A stretch of DNA of 64,000 nt from an uncultured Eubacteriales bacterium (GCA_934479825.1 CAKSOW010000003.1:64604-128603); one strand, 5' to 3'. Shown: positions 28,369 to 38,733, numbered from the stretch's first letter. Numbers and translations are program-made. Notes: generated from the sequence alone by a model not told the origin.

Positions 28369-28393
28369 TACTAACTTTCCATAGACGCGATTT
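28351..28393 (-). terminator. Terminator-like hairpin after the small Cys-rich ORF
   Basis: Minus strand reads AAATCGCGTCT, a 21-nt loop, AGACGCGATTT, then TTTGC. It overlaps the promoter above. Confidence 0.45.
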
Positions 28394-28466
28394 TTGTGCA
28401 TATCTTCCATATTTCGCAAAGCGTTATTGTCATTTTACACAAAACGCTTTGACTTTTGCCTATTCG

Positions 28467-28643
28467 TCATGAGTAGCGCTTGTTCCGACAGCCCCCGTTT
28501 TTTTCACAGGCCTCTCGTTTTGCACACTCATATACAGTTTTTCCGTTTTCGGTATAACGGCTGACCGGTACATTGGAATCGAGCACATGGCAATACCGTT
28601 CCACCGTCTCACGGTAAACCCCTTTTTCGAAATCGGTTTTCAC
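28467..28643 (-). CDS. Small (58 aa) Cys-containing hypothetical protein, below the ORF-track cutoff
   Basis: GTG start 7 nt after AAAGGAGGGG. Translation: VKTDFEKGVYRETVERYCHVLDSNVPVSRYTENGKTVYECAKREACEKNGGCRNKRYS. Followed by its own hairpin. Confidence 0.45.
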   Translation of the reverse strand: MKTDFEKGVYRETVERYCHVLDSNVPVSRYTENGKTVYECAKREACEKNGGCRNKRYS

Positions 28644-28719
28644 ACAAATCCCCTCCTTTTTTGTGGTGTATAGACAGTATATGTCAAAAGAAAGGTTTTA
28701 TGTGCGAAGAAATTTAATT

Positions 28720-29478
28720 TTAGTGAATATCGACCGTCACCGAAATCGGGTAGTGGTCGGACAGCCAGACATCGCCTTTTTGATCCTTATGGACGGTTAA
28801 CGAGCCCTTGACGGCAGTTTTGTTGGAGAAAATGTAGTCGATCTTATAGTCTTTTTCCTTCCCGTAGCCGTGATAGGTGGTTTCTTTAATGGAGGCGGTC
28901 AGATCATGCACGCCCTTAATACTCCTGATTTCTTTGATCGACGCTTCATCCGGGAGCGCATTGAAATCGCCGGTCAGAATAAACGGATACTTGTTCTCGG
29001 AAAGGAGTTTGGTCATGAGAAGCGACGCACCGCAAAGACGGGCATACACACCAACATGGTCGAGGTGGGTATTGGCAAACGTAAAAAGCTTGCCCTCTTT
29101 ACGGGAAACAAGCGTTGCCTGAACGGAAATACGGGGACACGGGCTTTGGTCGAGCATGTAGCGCGAACCCGGCACGTCCGGCGTATCGGACAGCCAGAAC
29201 TGATCAAATTTCACCAAGTCAAACCGATCCTTGCGGTAGGCGATCGATACGCTTTCACCGGAATAGTCGTTATTCCGTCCCATACCGAGCACCGTATAAT
29301 CCGGCAGATTGTCGCACAGCCATGCGCGCACATGCGGCAAAACCTCTTGGAAACCGATAACGTCCGGCTTTTCCCGGTCTAAAAATTCCTTGATGAAAGC
29401 CTTTCTTCCCTCAAAGCAGTTTGCACCGTCATCCAATGTATCATAACGGATATTGAAAGTCATAGCGTTTACAAGCAT
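28720..29478 (-). CDS. Endonuclease/exonuclease/phosphatase (EEP) family protein
   Basis: MTFNIRYD start, GFQEV, the TGDFN motif and the SDHYPI C-terminal motif. The ATG at 29478 follows AAAGGAGA. Confidence 0.85.
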   Translation of the reverse strand: MLVNAMTFNIRYDTLDDGANCFEGRKAFIKEFLDREKPDVIGFQEVLPHVRAWLCDNLPDYTVLGMGRNNDYSGESVSIAYRKDRFDLVKFDQFWLSDTPDVPGSRYMLDQSPCPRISVQATLVSRKEGKLFTFANTHLDHVGVYARLCGASLLMTKLLSENKYPFILTGDFNALPDEASIKEIRSIKGVHDLTASIKETTYHGYGKEKDYKIDYIFSNKTAVKGSLTVHKDQKGDVWLSDHYPISVTVDIH

Positions 29479-29525
29479 GTTTAAATCTCCTTTATTTTTA
29501 CGGCAATCCGAATCCGGATGCCGGT

Positions 29526-30293
29526 TTATTTCTCTTTCGGTTTCCAACCGTCGATAGCCGCTTTCTGCATAGCTCCCAGAATGCGGTGCTTCAAACCCTT
29601 GTTTTCCCGGTCCATAGCCGCAAGCATCTTTTTATAGCGTTCGCGGTCGCTGGTCTTGTCCATCGGGCAGGGACTGCCGAGTACCGGCAGATCCGAATGA
29701 TTGATAAAATAGCGGATATCTTTTTCCGGCGCGTACACAAGCGGACGGATCATGGTGATCTTTTTGCGGTCGAGATAAGTCACCGGTGAAAAACAGGCGA
29801 TCCGTCCCTCGTTGAACAGATTCATCATGAAAGTTTCCACTGCGTCGTCAAAATGATGACCGAGAGCAATTTTGTTGCAATTAAGCTCCTTGGCATGGTC
29901 GTGCAGCATGCCCCGGCGCATGCGCGCGCACAACGAGCAAGGGTTCTTTTCTTTCCGTTCGTCAAAAATGAGCCTTGCTAATTCGGTTTCAAACAGAGTA
30001 AAACGCACATCAAGCTGTTCGCACAGCGCGGCAAGACGCGCAAATCCCTCACGCGTTTCGCCTTCATCCCCCATGCCGACCTTGTAAAAGCCCGGATCCA
30101 TGGTCACGGCCTCCAATTCAAAATGCTTCGGATAAAAGCCGCGAAGCGAAGCAAGGGCGCACAAAAGCGCAAGCGAATCTTTTCCGCCCGAAAGTCCCAC
30201 GGCAATCCGGTCGCCCTCTTCGATCATGCCGAAATCATCGACCGCCCGGCGCGTGTAACTGAGTATTCTCCTGATCTGATAGGTATAGGCCAT
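29526..30293 (-). CDS. ttcA: PP-loop ATPase of the TtcA / tRNA 2-thiocytidine synthetase family
   Basis: PP-loop VGLSGGKDSLALL, CSLCARMRRG, and the GHHFDD motif. The start is taken at MAYTYQIRR (30293). Confidence 0.75.
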   Translation of the reverse strand: MAYTYQIRRILSYTRRAVDDFGMIEEGDRIAVGLSGGKDSLALLCALASLRGFYPKHFELEAVTMDPGFYKVGMGDEGETREGFARLAALCEQLDVRFTLFETELARLIFDERKEKNPCSLCARMRRGMLHDHAKELNCNKIALGHHFDDAVETFMMNLFNEGRIACFSPVTYLDRKKITMIRPLVYAPEKDIRYFINHSDLPVLGSPCPMDKTSDRERYKKMLAAMDRENKGLKHRILGAMQKAAIDGWKPKEK

Positions 30294-30471
30294 ATTTTTC
30301 GCTCCGCTCTGTGATTTTACCGCTTTATTATAGTCGTTTGATACGGAATTGTCAATCATATTCCGCAAATTTTCTCCATATATATTTTATATCCGTCGGA
30401 TACGAACGTTTCTTGCGCGTCCCGGTCTGCATGGCGCTTTCCGACTTATAAAACTATCCCCGAAAGGTCGT

Positions 30472-31665
30472 ATGTCCATGAAAAAAGTGCGGCTGTCCTC
30501 TGCACGAAAAAAGCCACTAAACCGGCGCGTCGGTCCGGGACATTTTCTTTGCTTTTCCGCCTGTGTCGCATTGTTTTGCAGCGTCGCCCTGATCGGGCTT
30601 TCGGCTCACAAGCCCGTTGTCGCCGACACCCCCGTTTCGGTCACCGTTCCGCTCTTAGGCGAAGTAAACGGCTTTTCGGGCGGTGTTTCCGCCGAGGGCG
30701 CCTGTCTCATCGACGGCAAAAGCGGCGCGGTGTTATACGAAAAAAACAGCTCCGCCCGGCTTCCCATGGCAAGCACCACCAAAATCATGACCGCGCTTGT
30801 CGTTTTGGAACATCTGCCGCTGGATCTTGTCGTAAACGTTCCGAAAGAAGCAACGCTCATTGAAGGGTCTTCCATCTATCTGCGTGAAAACGAAAGCATG
30901 ACCGTCGAAAACCTGCTGTACGGCCTGCTTTTGGAATCGGGCAACGACGCGGCGCATACGCTTGCCGTCGCTGTTTCGGGAGATATCCCCCCTTTTGCCG
31001 CACTCATGAACGAAAAGGGAGCGTCTCTCGGCCTTTCCGGCACGCATTTTGAAAATCCGCACGGACTTTCAGCCGACGGACACTACACCACCGCCTATGA
31101 ATTGGCACGCATCACGGCAGAAGCCATGAAAAACGAATTCTTCCGGCAAGCCGTCGCCACACAGAAAAAGATCGTGCCCTCCATGGACGGGGAACTGACG
31201 CGGTACTTCTTCAACCACAACAAACTGCTTCGGCTATACGACGGTGCAGTTGGGGTAAAAACCGGCTTCACCAAAGCAGCCGGCCGGTGTCTTGTCAGCG
31301 CGGCACAGAAAAACGGTTCTTTATTTATCGCCGTCACGCTCAACGACGGAAACGACTGGAACGACCACAAAAACATGCTCGATTATGCCAGCAAAACTTT
31401 TGATACGGTAGAGATCGCGCCCAAAGGCGCTTTATGCGTCTATGCGCACGGCGCACGCTTTTCCAATCCGGACGGCATCTATCTGACCGTTCCCAAGGGA
31501 AACAAGCCGGTTTTCTCGTACCGCGTGACAATAGAAAAAGACAGCGGCATCGCCGAATATTTCGATTCGACCGGCACGCCGCTCGGACGTTTTCCGCTTC
31601 TAAGAGAAGAATACACGGAAAACGGCTTGAACCGTACGGATGAAAACGCCTCTGTTTCCGGTTAA
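30472..31665 (+). CDS. D-alanyl-D-alanine carboxypeptidase (serine-type, PBP5/DacB-like)
   Basis: N-terminal TM/signal, SxxK (ASTTKIM), SGN (ESGNDAA) and KTG (VKTGFT) motifs. Confidence 0.85.
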   Translation: MSMKKVRLSSARKKPLNRRVGPGHFLCFSACVALFCSVALIGLSAHKPVVADTPVSVTVPLLGEVNGFSGGVSAEGACLIDGKSGAVLYEKNSSARLPMASTTKIMTALVVLEHLPLDLVVNVPKEATLIEGSSIYLRENESMTVENLLYGLLLESGNDAAHTLAVAVSGDIPPFAALMNEKGASLGLSGTHFENPHGLSADGHYTTAYELARITAEAMKNEFFRQAVATQKKIVPSMDGELTRYFFNHNKLLRLYDGAVGVKTGFTKAAGRCLVSAAQKNGSLFIAVTLNDGNDWNDHKNMLDYASKTFDTVEIAPKGALCVYAHGARFSNPDGIYLTVPKGNKPVFSYRVTIEKDSGIAEYFDSTGTPLGRFPLLREEYTENGLNRTDENASVSG

Positions 31666-32624
31666 GCCGCCCTGATCATCTCCGTCTGTCCGGCAGACGT
31701 TTGTTCCAGCGGCCACACGTTTTCTCCGTCGGACAAAAGAATAATATCGCCCAGTTCGTCCGTCCGCAATACCGTAACGCCGTACTCTTCCAATGTGGCA
31801 AGCGTTTTTTTGTGCGGATGACCGTAGCTGTTGTCTCTGCCGCAGCTGATGACAGCATAGGTCGGCGAAACCGCCGCGATAAAGCCGGGGGAATTCGAGG
31901 TTACCGAACCGTGATGGCCGGCAGAATACACATCGGCACGCAAGTCGTAACCGTTCGCCATCATGGCTTTTTCCGCCCCCTTTTCTGCGTCTCCCGTAAA
32001 CAAAAACGAGGTTTCGCCATAGATGAGTTTGATAGCAAGACTCGATTCGTTGGCATCGTCGTAATCAACTGTTTCCGGCGAAAGAATCTGAAATACCGCC
32101 GAATCCGCAAAGGTAAACCGGTCGTCGATCCGCGTGCCGACGATTTCGGTTTGTTCATCAAAGCGATTGTGACTAACCATATAGATCAACCGGTCATACG
32201 GATAGGTTTCGGTAAAATCCGCATGAACGACAAAATTTTCCACCGGAAAATTTTCAATCACCGCCGACGCGCCGCCATAATGATCTTCATGCGGATGCGT
32301 CAGGATCAGATAATCCAGCTTTTCCACACCCACGTCGTTCATGTATTTGACAAGGTATTCCGCTCCCGCGGTCGGACCGCAGTCAATGAGCATACTGCTG
32401 CCGTCCGGCGCGACCAAAAGTGTTGCGTCTCCCTGCCCGACATCGATAAAATAAGCCGCAAAATACTCCTGTGCCTGGCTGAATACCTGCTTATATTCCT
32501 TGTGCGCTTTATCATCGCGTACGGCAAGAAATATAAGATAGACTGCCGCCGCCAAAACCAAAACCGATTTGGCCGTTCGATTACGGATTTTTGAGGTCGG
32601 AAAAGTAGGGAATTTCTTTCTCAT
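31662..32624 (-). CDS. Membrane-anchored MBL-fold metallo-hydrolase (ComEC C-terminal-domain-like)
   Basis: N-terminal TM. FIDVGQGDATLL, the THPHEDHYGG (HxHxDH) motif, and GHHGS. Confidence 0.8.
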   Translation of the reverse strand: MRKKFPTFPTSKIRNRTAKSVLVLAAAVYLIFLAVRDDKAHKEYKQVFSQAQEYFAAYFIDVGQGDATLLVAPDGSSMLIDCGPTAGAEYLVKYMNDVGVEKLDYLILTHPHEDHYGGASAVIENFPVENFVVHADFTETYPYDRLIYMVSHNRFDEQTEIVGTRIDDRFTFADSAVFQILSPETVDYDDANESSLAIKLIYGETSFLFTGDAEKGAEKAMMANGYDLRADVYSAGHHGSVTSNSPGFIAAVSPTYAVISCGRDNSYGHPHKKTLATLEEYGVTVLRTDELGDIILLSDGENVWPLEQTSAGQTEMIRAA

Positions 32625-32800
32625 GCATATTTCTTCCTTAAAATTATAACAGACAGCCCTTGGCGTCGGTCTGCGTCAAAACAATTCTGATACCGCTAAA
32701 AACGGACTGCTTCCGTTCGTCATGAAGTTCCTGACGCCGGTCGCAGACCGTTTTTTGTTCCGGCGTGCCGCCAATTTGCATATTGGGGCGCACGTCCGGA

Positions 32801-35635
32801 TCACCGTCCGTGATTCATTTTCAGTTCCAGATATTCCTGCGGCGTGATAAGCACCTTTCGCGGCTTGGAACCTTCAAACGGACCGACAATGCCGATTTTT
32901 TCCAACTTATCCACAATGCGCGCCGCTCTCGAATACCCAAGCGACAACTTGCGCTGCAACAGGGATGTGGAAATCATATTGGCATCTACTGCCACTTTGA
33001 TGGCATCGAACATAGCGTCGTCCGAATCCAAAATCGCGTCGCGGTCGTCCGAATCGTATTCGTCGCCGCCCTCGTCAGAAGCGCCGCGGCCTTTCTTCTT
33101 TTCACCGCAATGCTCAGCCTCGCGTTCGATGCTGTCGATGATATCGCTGTCATACTCAGCCTCCGAACCGCTCTTCAAGAAGTCGATGATCTTTTCGATT
33201 TCCGCGTCGGTGACAAACGAGCCCTGCACACGGATCGGCTTCATACTGCCGACCGGCGCATACAGCATATCGCCGCGGCCAAGCAGTTTTTCCGCACCGG
33301 CCACGTCGATAATGGTTCTCGAATCGACCTGAGAGGCCACCGTGCAGGCGATACGCGACGGCACGTTTGCTTTGATAAGACCGGTGATGACGTCAACCGA
33401 CGGACGCTGCGTACCGATGACCAAATGCATACCGGCCGCACGGGCTTTTTGCGCGATACGACAAATGGAATTTTCCACGCTGTCGCGCGCCGTCATCATA
33501 AGATCGGCAAGCTCGTCGATAATGATAACGATTTTCGGCATATGCTCTTTTTCGGGATCGTTTTCGGTGACTTTATTGTAGGAATCGATATCGCGCACGC
33601 CCACTTCTTCAATCAACTGGAAACGGCGCTCCATTTCGTTCACTGCCCAGGCAAGCGAACCGGCTGCCTTTTTCGGGTCGCTCACGACCGGAACCAATAA
33701 ATGCGGCATGCCGTTGTAAACGCCGAATTCCACCTTTTTCGGGTCGATCAACAGCAACCGGCATTCATCCGGGCGCGCCTTGTAAAGCAGACTGACAATA
33801 AAGCTGTTGATACAGACCGATTTACCCATACCGGTCGCGCCGGCAATGAGCAAGTGCGGCATTTTGGCAATATCCATATACACCGGACTTCCGGCTACGT
33901 CCATGCCGAGACATACCGAAAGGCGGCTCTTTTGTTGGGCAAACTTGGGATTTTCAATCAAATTCCGGATATAGACCGTCGAAACCGTCTTGTTCGGAAT
34001 CTCAATACCGACCGCCTGCTTGCCGGGAATCGGCGCTTCAATACGCACGCCGGCCGCCGCAAGGTGTAAGGCAATATCGTCCGAAAGGTTTTGAATCGAC
34101 TTGACGCGCACACCGATTTCCGGCTGTAATTCATAGCGCGTGACGGTCGGACCGCAGCAGATGTTGGTAATTTTGGTCTTGACGCCGAAGTTGGCAAGCG
34201 TTTCGACCAGCTTTACCGATGTGTTCTTGATTTCATCGGTCACGGCAAAGGTCGCCGGATTCGGGTCTTTCTGCAAAAAGTCGATATCCGGAAACCGGTA
34301 CAGTTCCGCCGGATCCGGTTTGGGTTCAACCTTGATGTTCTCTTTTTCGCCTTCGGATTCCGACGCATTTTGCCCGACAAGCGCGGCAGACTCCGCACCG
34401 TCGGTAAGCACCGAAGTTCCGGCTGTCACTCCGGCGGCGGCAATCACCGCGTCGTCGGTGAAGATCTCGGAAAGATCTATTTCCTTGGGAGCATCGGCAT
34501 TCACAACGCCGTCGGCTTTGTGGGAATTCGACGCGGAATCGGTAAAGCGCACGCTATCTTTAATGCTGTCATAAACGGCCGGGTCGGGTGCAATCGCATC
34601 ATCGGGTGCGGTTTCTTCGCCAGCGGACGCGTCTGCGAATGTTCCGCAGGCGGCCGATTTATCGCCTGTGGCAAGGCGCACGGCGTCAGGCGATATTTCA
34701 AGTTCGGGAAATTCCGGATTTGTTTCGTCCGGTTGATTTTCCGCTTCATGCACCGGTTCATCCGGTTCTTTTTCGGAAACTTTTTCGGTTTCAGCGGGTT
34801 CTTCTTCATCGCCCATGCCGCCTAAGTAAGCCTTTTTCTTCTTTTGTGCCGGCTGAACCGTCAGTTCCTCCTGTACCGGATTTCTGCGGCTCTCGTCAAT
34901 TTTCCGTTTCAGGTCTTCTTTCTGACGTACGCGTGCGTTATAGACCTCAGCCTTGATTTTTTCGCGCAGATACGCGACGATGTCAAGCGGCGTAATGCCG
35001 AACACGGCAAACGCAAGGAGCAATACCGCGAAAACGCAGATGATCCATGCGCCAAAGCCCGTAATCATGTTCAAAAAATTGGCGATCACGCCGCCGACGA
35101 TTCCTCCGCCCTTGTACAGCTTACCGAGTTCATATAGGCTGTTTTCGCCAATCAAACGGTAGCCGTCATACAGAACCTTGTCCGCCGGGGCGGCCGTCGC
35201 ACGTGAAATCAAGTGACAGAGCGCCGAACAAGAACAGATAAAACCGGTATCAATGAAAAACTTGGAGCGCAGCCGGCCGCTTTTCATATCCGTTTTCCAA
35301 AGCAGTGCCTCCGCTACAAGGCAGATCGGCAAGAATACCGCGCCTGCGGCAAAAAGGCCGCACAGAAAGTGCGCGAGATAGCCGATAAAGCTCATTTTTT
35401 CAGGGATAATAAAGCAGATTCCAAGAAACAATCCGAGAAACGCCAGAATATACGGCATGAAGTTGTAAGAAAACGTACTTTCCACATTCCGGCTGTGTTT
35501 TAAGGTCTTGATCTCCTCTTTCAGCCGAAGATTTTCTTCTTTTTGTTTCGCCGTTTTTTCACTGCCGGTTTTCCGTGCGCCGGACGGCTGTTTGGCTGTT
35601 TTCGGCTTTATGTCGGGTGTCTTTTTTGCAGGCAT
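32801..35635 (-). CDS. ftsK: DNA translocase FtsK/SpoIIIE
   Basis: N-terminal TM segments and a low-complexity linker. Motor domain with Walker A GATGMGKSV, and a C-terminal winged-helix gamma domain (LLQRKLSLGYSRAARIVDKLE). Confidence 0.9.
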   Translation of the reverse strand: MPAKKTPDIKPKTAKQPSGARKTGSEKTAKQKEENLRLKEEIKTLKHSRNVESTFSYNFMPYILAFLGLFLGICFIIPEKMSFIGYLAHFLCGLFAAGAVFLPICLVAEALLWKTDMKSGRLRSKFFIDTGFICSCSALCHLISRATAAPADKVLYDGYRLIGENSLYELGKLYKGGGIVGGVIANFLNMITGFGAWIICVFAVLLLAFAVFGITPLDIVAYLREKIKAEVYNARVRQKEDLKRKIDESRRNPVQEELTVQPAQKKKKAYLGGMGDEEEPAETEKVSEKEPDEPVHEAENQPDETNPEFPELEISPDAVRLATGDKSAACGTFADASAGEETAPDDAIAPDPAVYDSIKDSVRFTDSASNSHKADGVVNADAPKEIDLSEIFTDDAVIAAAGVTAGTSVLTDGAESAALVGQNASESEGEKENIKVEPKPDPAELYRFPDIDFLQKDPNPATFAVTDEIKNTSVKLVETLANFGVKTKITNICCGPTVTRYELQPEIGVRVKSIQNLSDDIALHLAAAGVRIEAPIPGKQAVGIEIPNKTVSTVYIRNLIENPKFAQQKSRLSVCLGMDVAGSPVYMDIAKMPHLLIAGATGMGKSVCINSFIVSLLYKARPDECRLLLIDPKKVEFGVYNGMPHLLVPVVSDPKKAAGSLAWAVNEMERRFQLIEEVGVRDIDSYNKVTENDPEKEHMPKIVIIIDELADLMMTARDSVENSICRIAQKARAAGMHLVIGTQRPSVDVITGLIKANVPSRIACTVASQVDSRTIIDVAGAEKLLGRGDMLYAPVGSMKPIRVQGSFVTDAEIEKIIDFLKSGSEAEYDSDIIDSIEREAEHCGEKKKGRGASDEGGDEYDSDDRDAILDSDDAMFDAIKVAVDANMISTSLLQRKLSLGYSRAARIVDKLEKIGIVGPFEGSKPRKVLITPQEYLELKMNHGR

Positions 35636-35659
35636 TTATGTTCTTCTTTCTTTCATTCT

Positions 35660-36472
35660 TTATTTTTGTTTTTTCCTATCGCTTCCGCAGACCGTGGCAA
35701 GCGAAAGCGCCGTAATTTCCGCGTCCGGATACTGTTCGGAAAGGGTTTTGGCGGCGGAGAGCACGCTGGCACCGGTGGTGATGACATCGTCCACAAGAAC
35801 GATCCTCTGCGGATTCCACGGCGGACGACGGAAAAACGGACGCACATAATACCGTCCGCTTTGATTGGCCACACGCTGTCCGGCATTCAAGCCCTTTTGC
35901 TCTTTTCCAAACAGAAGTCTTGCAAGACAGCCGGAAAAGTACACCTTTTCCGCGGAAAACGCCGTTTTCGTTTTAAGCGGCACGCCGCGCTTTCTGCCCT
36001 GCGGTACTGCCGAATCGTTCAACAGTTTCACCAAAGCGCCTGTCAACAGCGCCGCCTGGTCAAAACCGTATTTTCTAAGTCCTGCCGAACTGCGCGGAAT
36101 GTTGATATACAAAACTTTTCCGCTCTTTAAGTTTTCCGGCAGAATACCGATAAGTTTCATGGCGCATTCTTTCACAGCCGCCTTGTCCGGATGCCGTTTC
36201 AAATAAAACAAAAGTCCGCGCACCGCGTCATATTCATAGGTGTAGAGAGAGCGACAGACAACCTCCCTCTCACTGCCGACCGCTTGTCCCGGCAAAGCCG
36301 ATTCCGTAAGCCGGAATTCCGGATACGCAAGCCGTGCGATTTCAAGCGCCGACTGACAGGCTTTGCATAACTGACCGTCTCCCGTTCCCGCCCCGCAGAC
36401 CGGGCAGCCGCAATCACAGACATGCCGGAAAACATTCCTTACAAAAGCGGTGGGAAACGCAAAGCCGCTCAT
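35660..36472 (-). CDS. comF: ComF family protein (zinc finger plus phosphoribosyltransferase domain)
   Basis: CxxC...CxxC N-terminus and the PRTase motif VLVDDVITTGAS. One-nt overlap with the lexA stop. Confidence 0.8.
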   Translation of the reverse strand: MSGFAFPTAFVRNVFRHVCDCGCPVCGAGTGDGQLCKACQSALEIARLAYPEFRLTESALPGQAVGSEREVVCRSLYTYEYDAVRGLLFYLKRHPDKAAVKECAMKLIGILPENLKSGKVLYINIPRSSAGLRKYGFDQAALLTGALVKLLNDSAVPQGRKRGVPLKTKTAFSAEKVYFSGCLARLLFGKEQKGLNAGQRVANQSGRYYVRPFFRRPPWNPQRIVLVDDVITTGASVLSAAKTLSEQYPDAEITALSLATVCGSDRKKQK

Positions 36473-37080
36473 TAAGCGTAATGACGCACTAACGCCACGA
36501 CTTTGCCGAGAACGGCAACCTCATCGACAAGAATCGGCTCCATGGTGCGGTTTTCCGGTTGCAGACGGAACCGGCCGTTTTCCTTGAAAAAGCGCTTAAC
36601 CGTAGCCTCTTCACCGACAAGAGCTACGACGATCTCCCCGTTTTCCGCCACACTGCGCTGTTCGACGATAACATAATCACCGTCTAAAATTCCGGCTTCA
36701 ATCATACTTTCGCCCTTGACTTTCAAGCAAAACAACTTGCTTTCATCATAGGAGTGGAATGTCGAATAGGTAATATACCCCTCTAAATTTTGAGTCGCTA
36801 AAATCGGAAGACCTGCCGCAACCTGCCCGATGACCGGCACGCGATACCGTTTGCCTTCTTCCAATGCGTCGTCCGCCTTTTTTATGGCGCGGCTCTTGCC
36901 GGCCAATTTTTCGATGTATCCCTTTGAGGCAAGCCGCTCGATATACATATGTGCCGTAGATGTGGATTTTATGCCGAGCGACGAACAGATCTCCCGTACT
37001 GACGGCGGATATCCCTGTTCGTCAATGGTTTGATTGATATAATCCAAGACCCTTTTTTCTTTTGGTTTCAGTTTATCCAT
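36472..37080 (-). CDS. lexA: LexA repressor
   Basis: wHTH N-domain (GYPPSVREICSSLGIKSTSTAHMYIERL), AAG cleavage site (GQVAAGLPI), and S24 peptidase Ser/Lys motifs (GESM ... VKRF). Confidence 0.9.
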   Translation of the reverse strand: MDKLKPKEKRVLDYINQTIDEQGYPPSVREICSSLGIKSTSTAHMYIERLASKGYIEKLAGKSRAIKKADDALEEGKRYRVPVIGQVAAGLPILATQNLEGYITYSTFHSYDESKLFCLKVKGESMIEAGILDGDYVIVEQRSVAENGEIVVALVGEEATVKRFFKENGRFRLQPENRTMEPILVDEVAVLGKVVALVRHYA

Positions 37081-37130
37081 ACAAATCCCCTTTCCGGCCA
37101 TGCTTGTCCCGGTTCTGTTTATCTGATACA

Positions 37131-37170
37131 ATTATACTCTATTCGCCGTCAAAATTCAAACATAAGTTCC
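37131..37170 (-). promoter_or_regulatory. lexA promoter with an overlapping SOS (Cheo-type) box
   Basis: Minus strand reads GGAACTTATGTTTGAAT, 17 nt, TATAAT. GAAC-TTAT-GTTT matches GAAC-N4-GTTC with one mismatch and overlaps the -35. Confidence 0.55.
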
Positions 37171-37440
37171 TATTTTAACATAAATACTTATATTTTTTTA
37201 CCATTAGTTCAATGTTTGCGACATAATTCGACAGCATTCGACAAGATACCGTTTCTCATTAAATTGGCACAAACACAGCCAACCGTCGGAAAAAGACGAA
37301 TTTTTGCGAAAAAGCAAGAAAGTTCCGCGGAAATTCTTGCAAAACAAAAAGAAATATGCTATAATAATATGGATTTTAATCCGTACTGTGAAATCTGTCC
37401 GGAAAATTTCTCGGCACTGCCGCAAAGGAGCGTGTTTTTA

Positions 37441-37977
37441 ATGCATATTCTTCCTCTTGACAGGGAAAAATACGACTATTTCGAGTTACACTATTCTTAT
37501 ACCACGCCCGGTCACTACAAAGCGGTCGTTTCGGATACCAAAGAGCAGATGAGTTACACGCTCACGCGCGAAAACTATGACGCACCGCGAGCCGAAGAAA
37601 ACACCGACACGCTGTTTCAGGATTATTGGGAAAATCCCGAGGCGTTTGCCGCATGCGACGGCGACGGAACGGTTTTAGGATATGTGGAATTCGCTCCCGA
37701 AGAGTGGAACAACCGCTTGCGCATGACGCAATTGTTGGTTCTTCCCGAAAACCGCGGTAAGGGAGTCGGACGTTTCTTGGTGGATTTTGTGATAGCCGCA
37801 GCCAAAGAACGCGATTACCGTGTGGTGGTTTTGGAAACCCAGAATTACAATCTGCCGGCCATTGACTTTTATCACGCCTGCGGATTCCGTTTTTGCGGCG
37901 GCAACACTTTTTTCTACTCCAACAGCGATATTGAGGACGATGAGGTCATGCTCGAAATGTCGTTCCTCGTCGATTGA
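37441..37977 (+). CDS. GNAT family N-acetyltransferase (streptothricin-acetyltransferase-like)
   Basis: 178 aa. Acetyl-CoA motif A LVLPENRGKGVGRFLV and ...AIDFYHACGFRF. The ATG at 37441 follows AAAGGAG. The upstream part of the ORF 37030-37977 lies antisense to lexA and across the lexA promoter, so it is unlikely to be coding. Confidence 0.8.
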   Translation: MHILPLDREKYDYFELHYSYTTPGHYKAVVSDTKEQMSYTLTRENYDAPRAEENTDTLFQDYWENPEAFAACDGDGTVLGYVEFAPEEWNNRLRMTQLLVLPENRGKGVGRFLVDFVIAAAKERDYRVVVLETQNYNLPAIDFYHACGFRFCGGNTFFYSNSDIEDDEVMLEMSFLVD

Positions 37978-38001
37978 TTTATCCGAAAGGTCGTTTCTTA
38001 T

Positions 38002-38733
38002 ATGTTTCCCGGAATCGGAACGGTCGCCAACGCGCTTGCCATTGTGGTCGGCGGCCTTATCGGTCTTATTTTAAACAAACGCCTGAAAAAGGAATTGAGC
38101 GACGCGCTGATCATCGCTCTCGGCGCCGCCATCGTCTTTATCGGTGCGTCGGGGACGCTTGCTGGCATGTTAAACGTGTCGGAGAACGGTTCGGGTGCGC
38201 TTGAAACAAAAAATGTGATGCTTCTCATTTTTTCCCTGGTCGGCGGCACGCTCATCGGTTCGTTTCTCGGCATCAAGCAGAAAACCGAGCGCCTTGGCGC
38301 ATACTTGAAAGAAAAGTCCGGCGCGAGCGGAGACACACGTTTTATCGACAGTTTTGTCTCGGCGTCGCTTACGGTGTGTATCGGTGCGATGGCGGTCATC
38401 GGCTCGATTGAGGACGGCATGAGCGGAAAACCGCAGACGCTGTTTGCTAAAGCCATTTTAGACGGACTGATCATCATGGTATTTGCGTCCGTCACCGGAA
38501 AGGGTGCGGTATTTTCTGCGCTTCCGGTCGCAGCCTTTCAAGGACTTATAACACTTGCGGCGGTGTTTTTCGCCGGATTTATTCCCGAACAGGCCATCAC
38601 CAACATGTCGTTTGTCGGCTCGGTGCTTGTCTTTTGCGTGGGCGTGAATCTGATGTTCGACAAAAAGATCAACGTCGCCGATATGCTGCCTGCCATTTTT
38701 CTCGCAATACCCTTTACCTATTTGCCGTTTTAG
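38002..38733 (+). CDS. DUF554 family membrane protein
   Basis: The start MFPGIGTVANALAIVVGGLIGL and a polytopic Gly-rich profile are typical of DUF554 (YdfK/YqgA-like). Confidence 0.75.
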   Translation: MFPGIGTVANALAIVVGGLIGLILNKRLKKELSDALIIALGAAIVFIGASGTLAGMLNVSENGSGALETKNVMLLIFSLVGGTLIGSFLGIKQKTERLGAYLKEKSGASGDTRFIDSFVSASLTVCIGAMAVIGSIEDGMSGKPQTLFAKAILDGLIIMVFASVTGKGAVFSALPVAAFQGLITLAAVFFAGFIPEQAITNMSFVGSVLVFCVGVNLMFDKKINVADMLPAIFLAIPFTYLPF

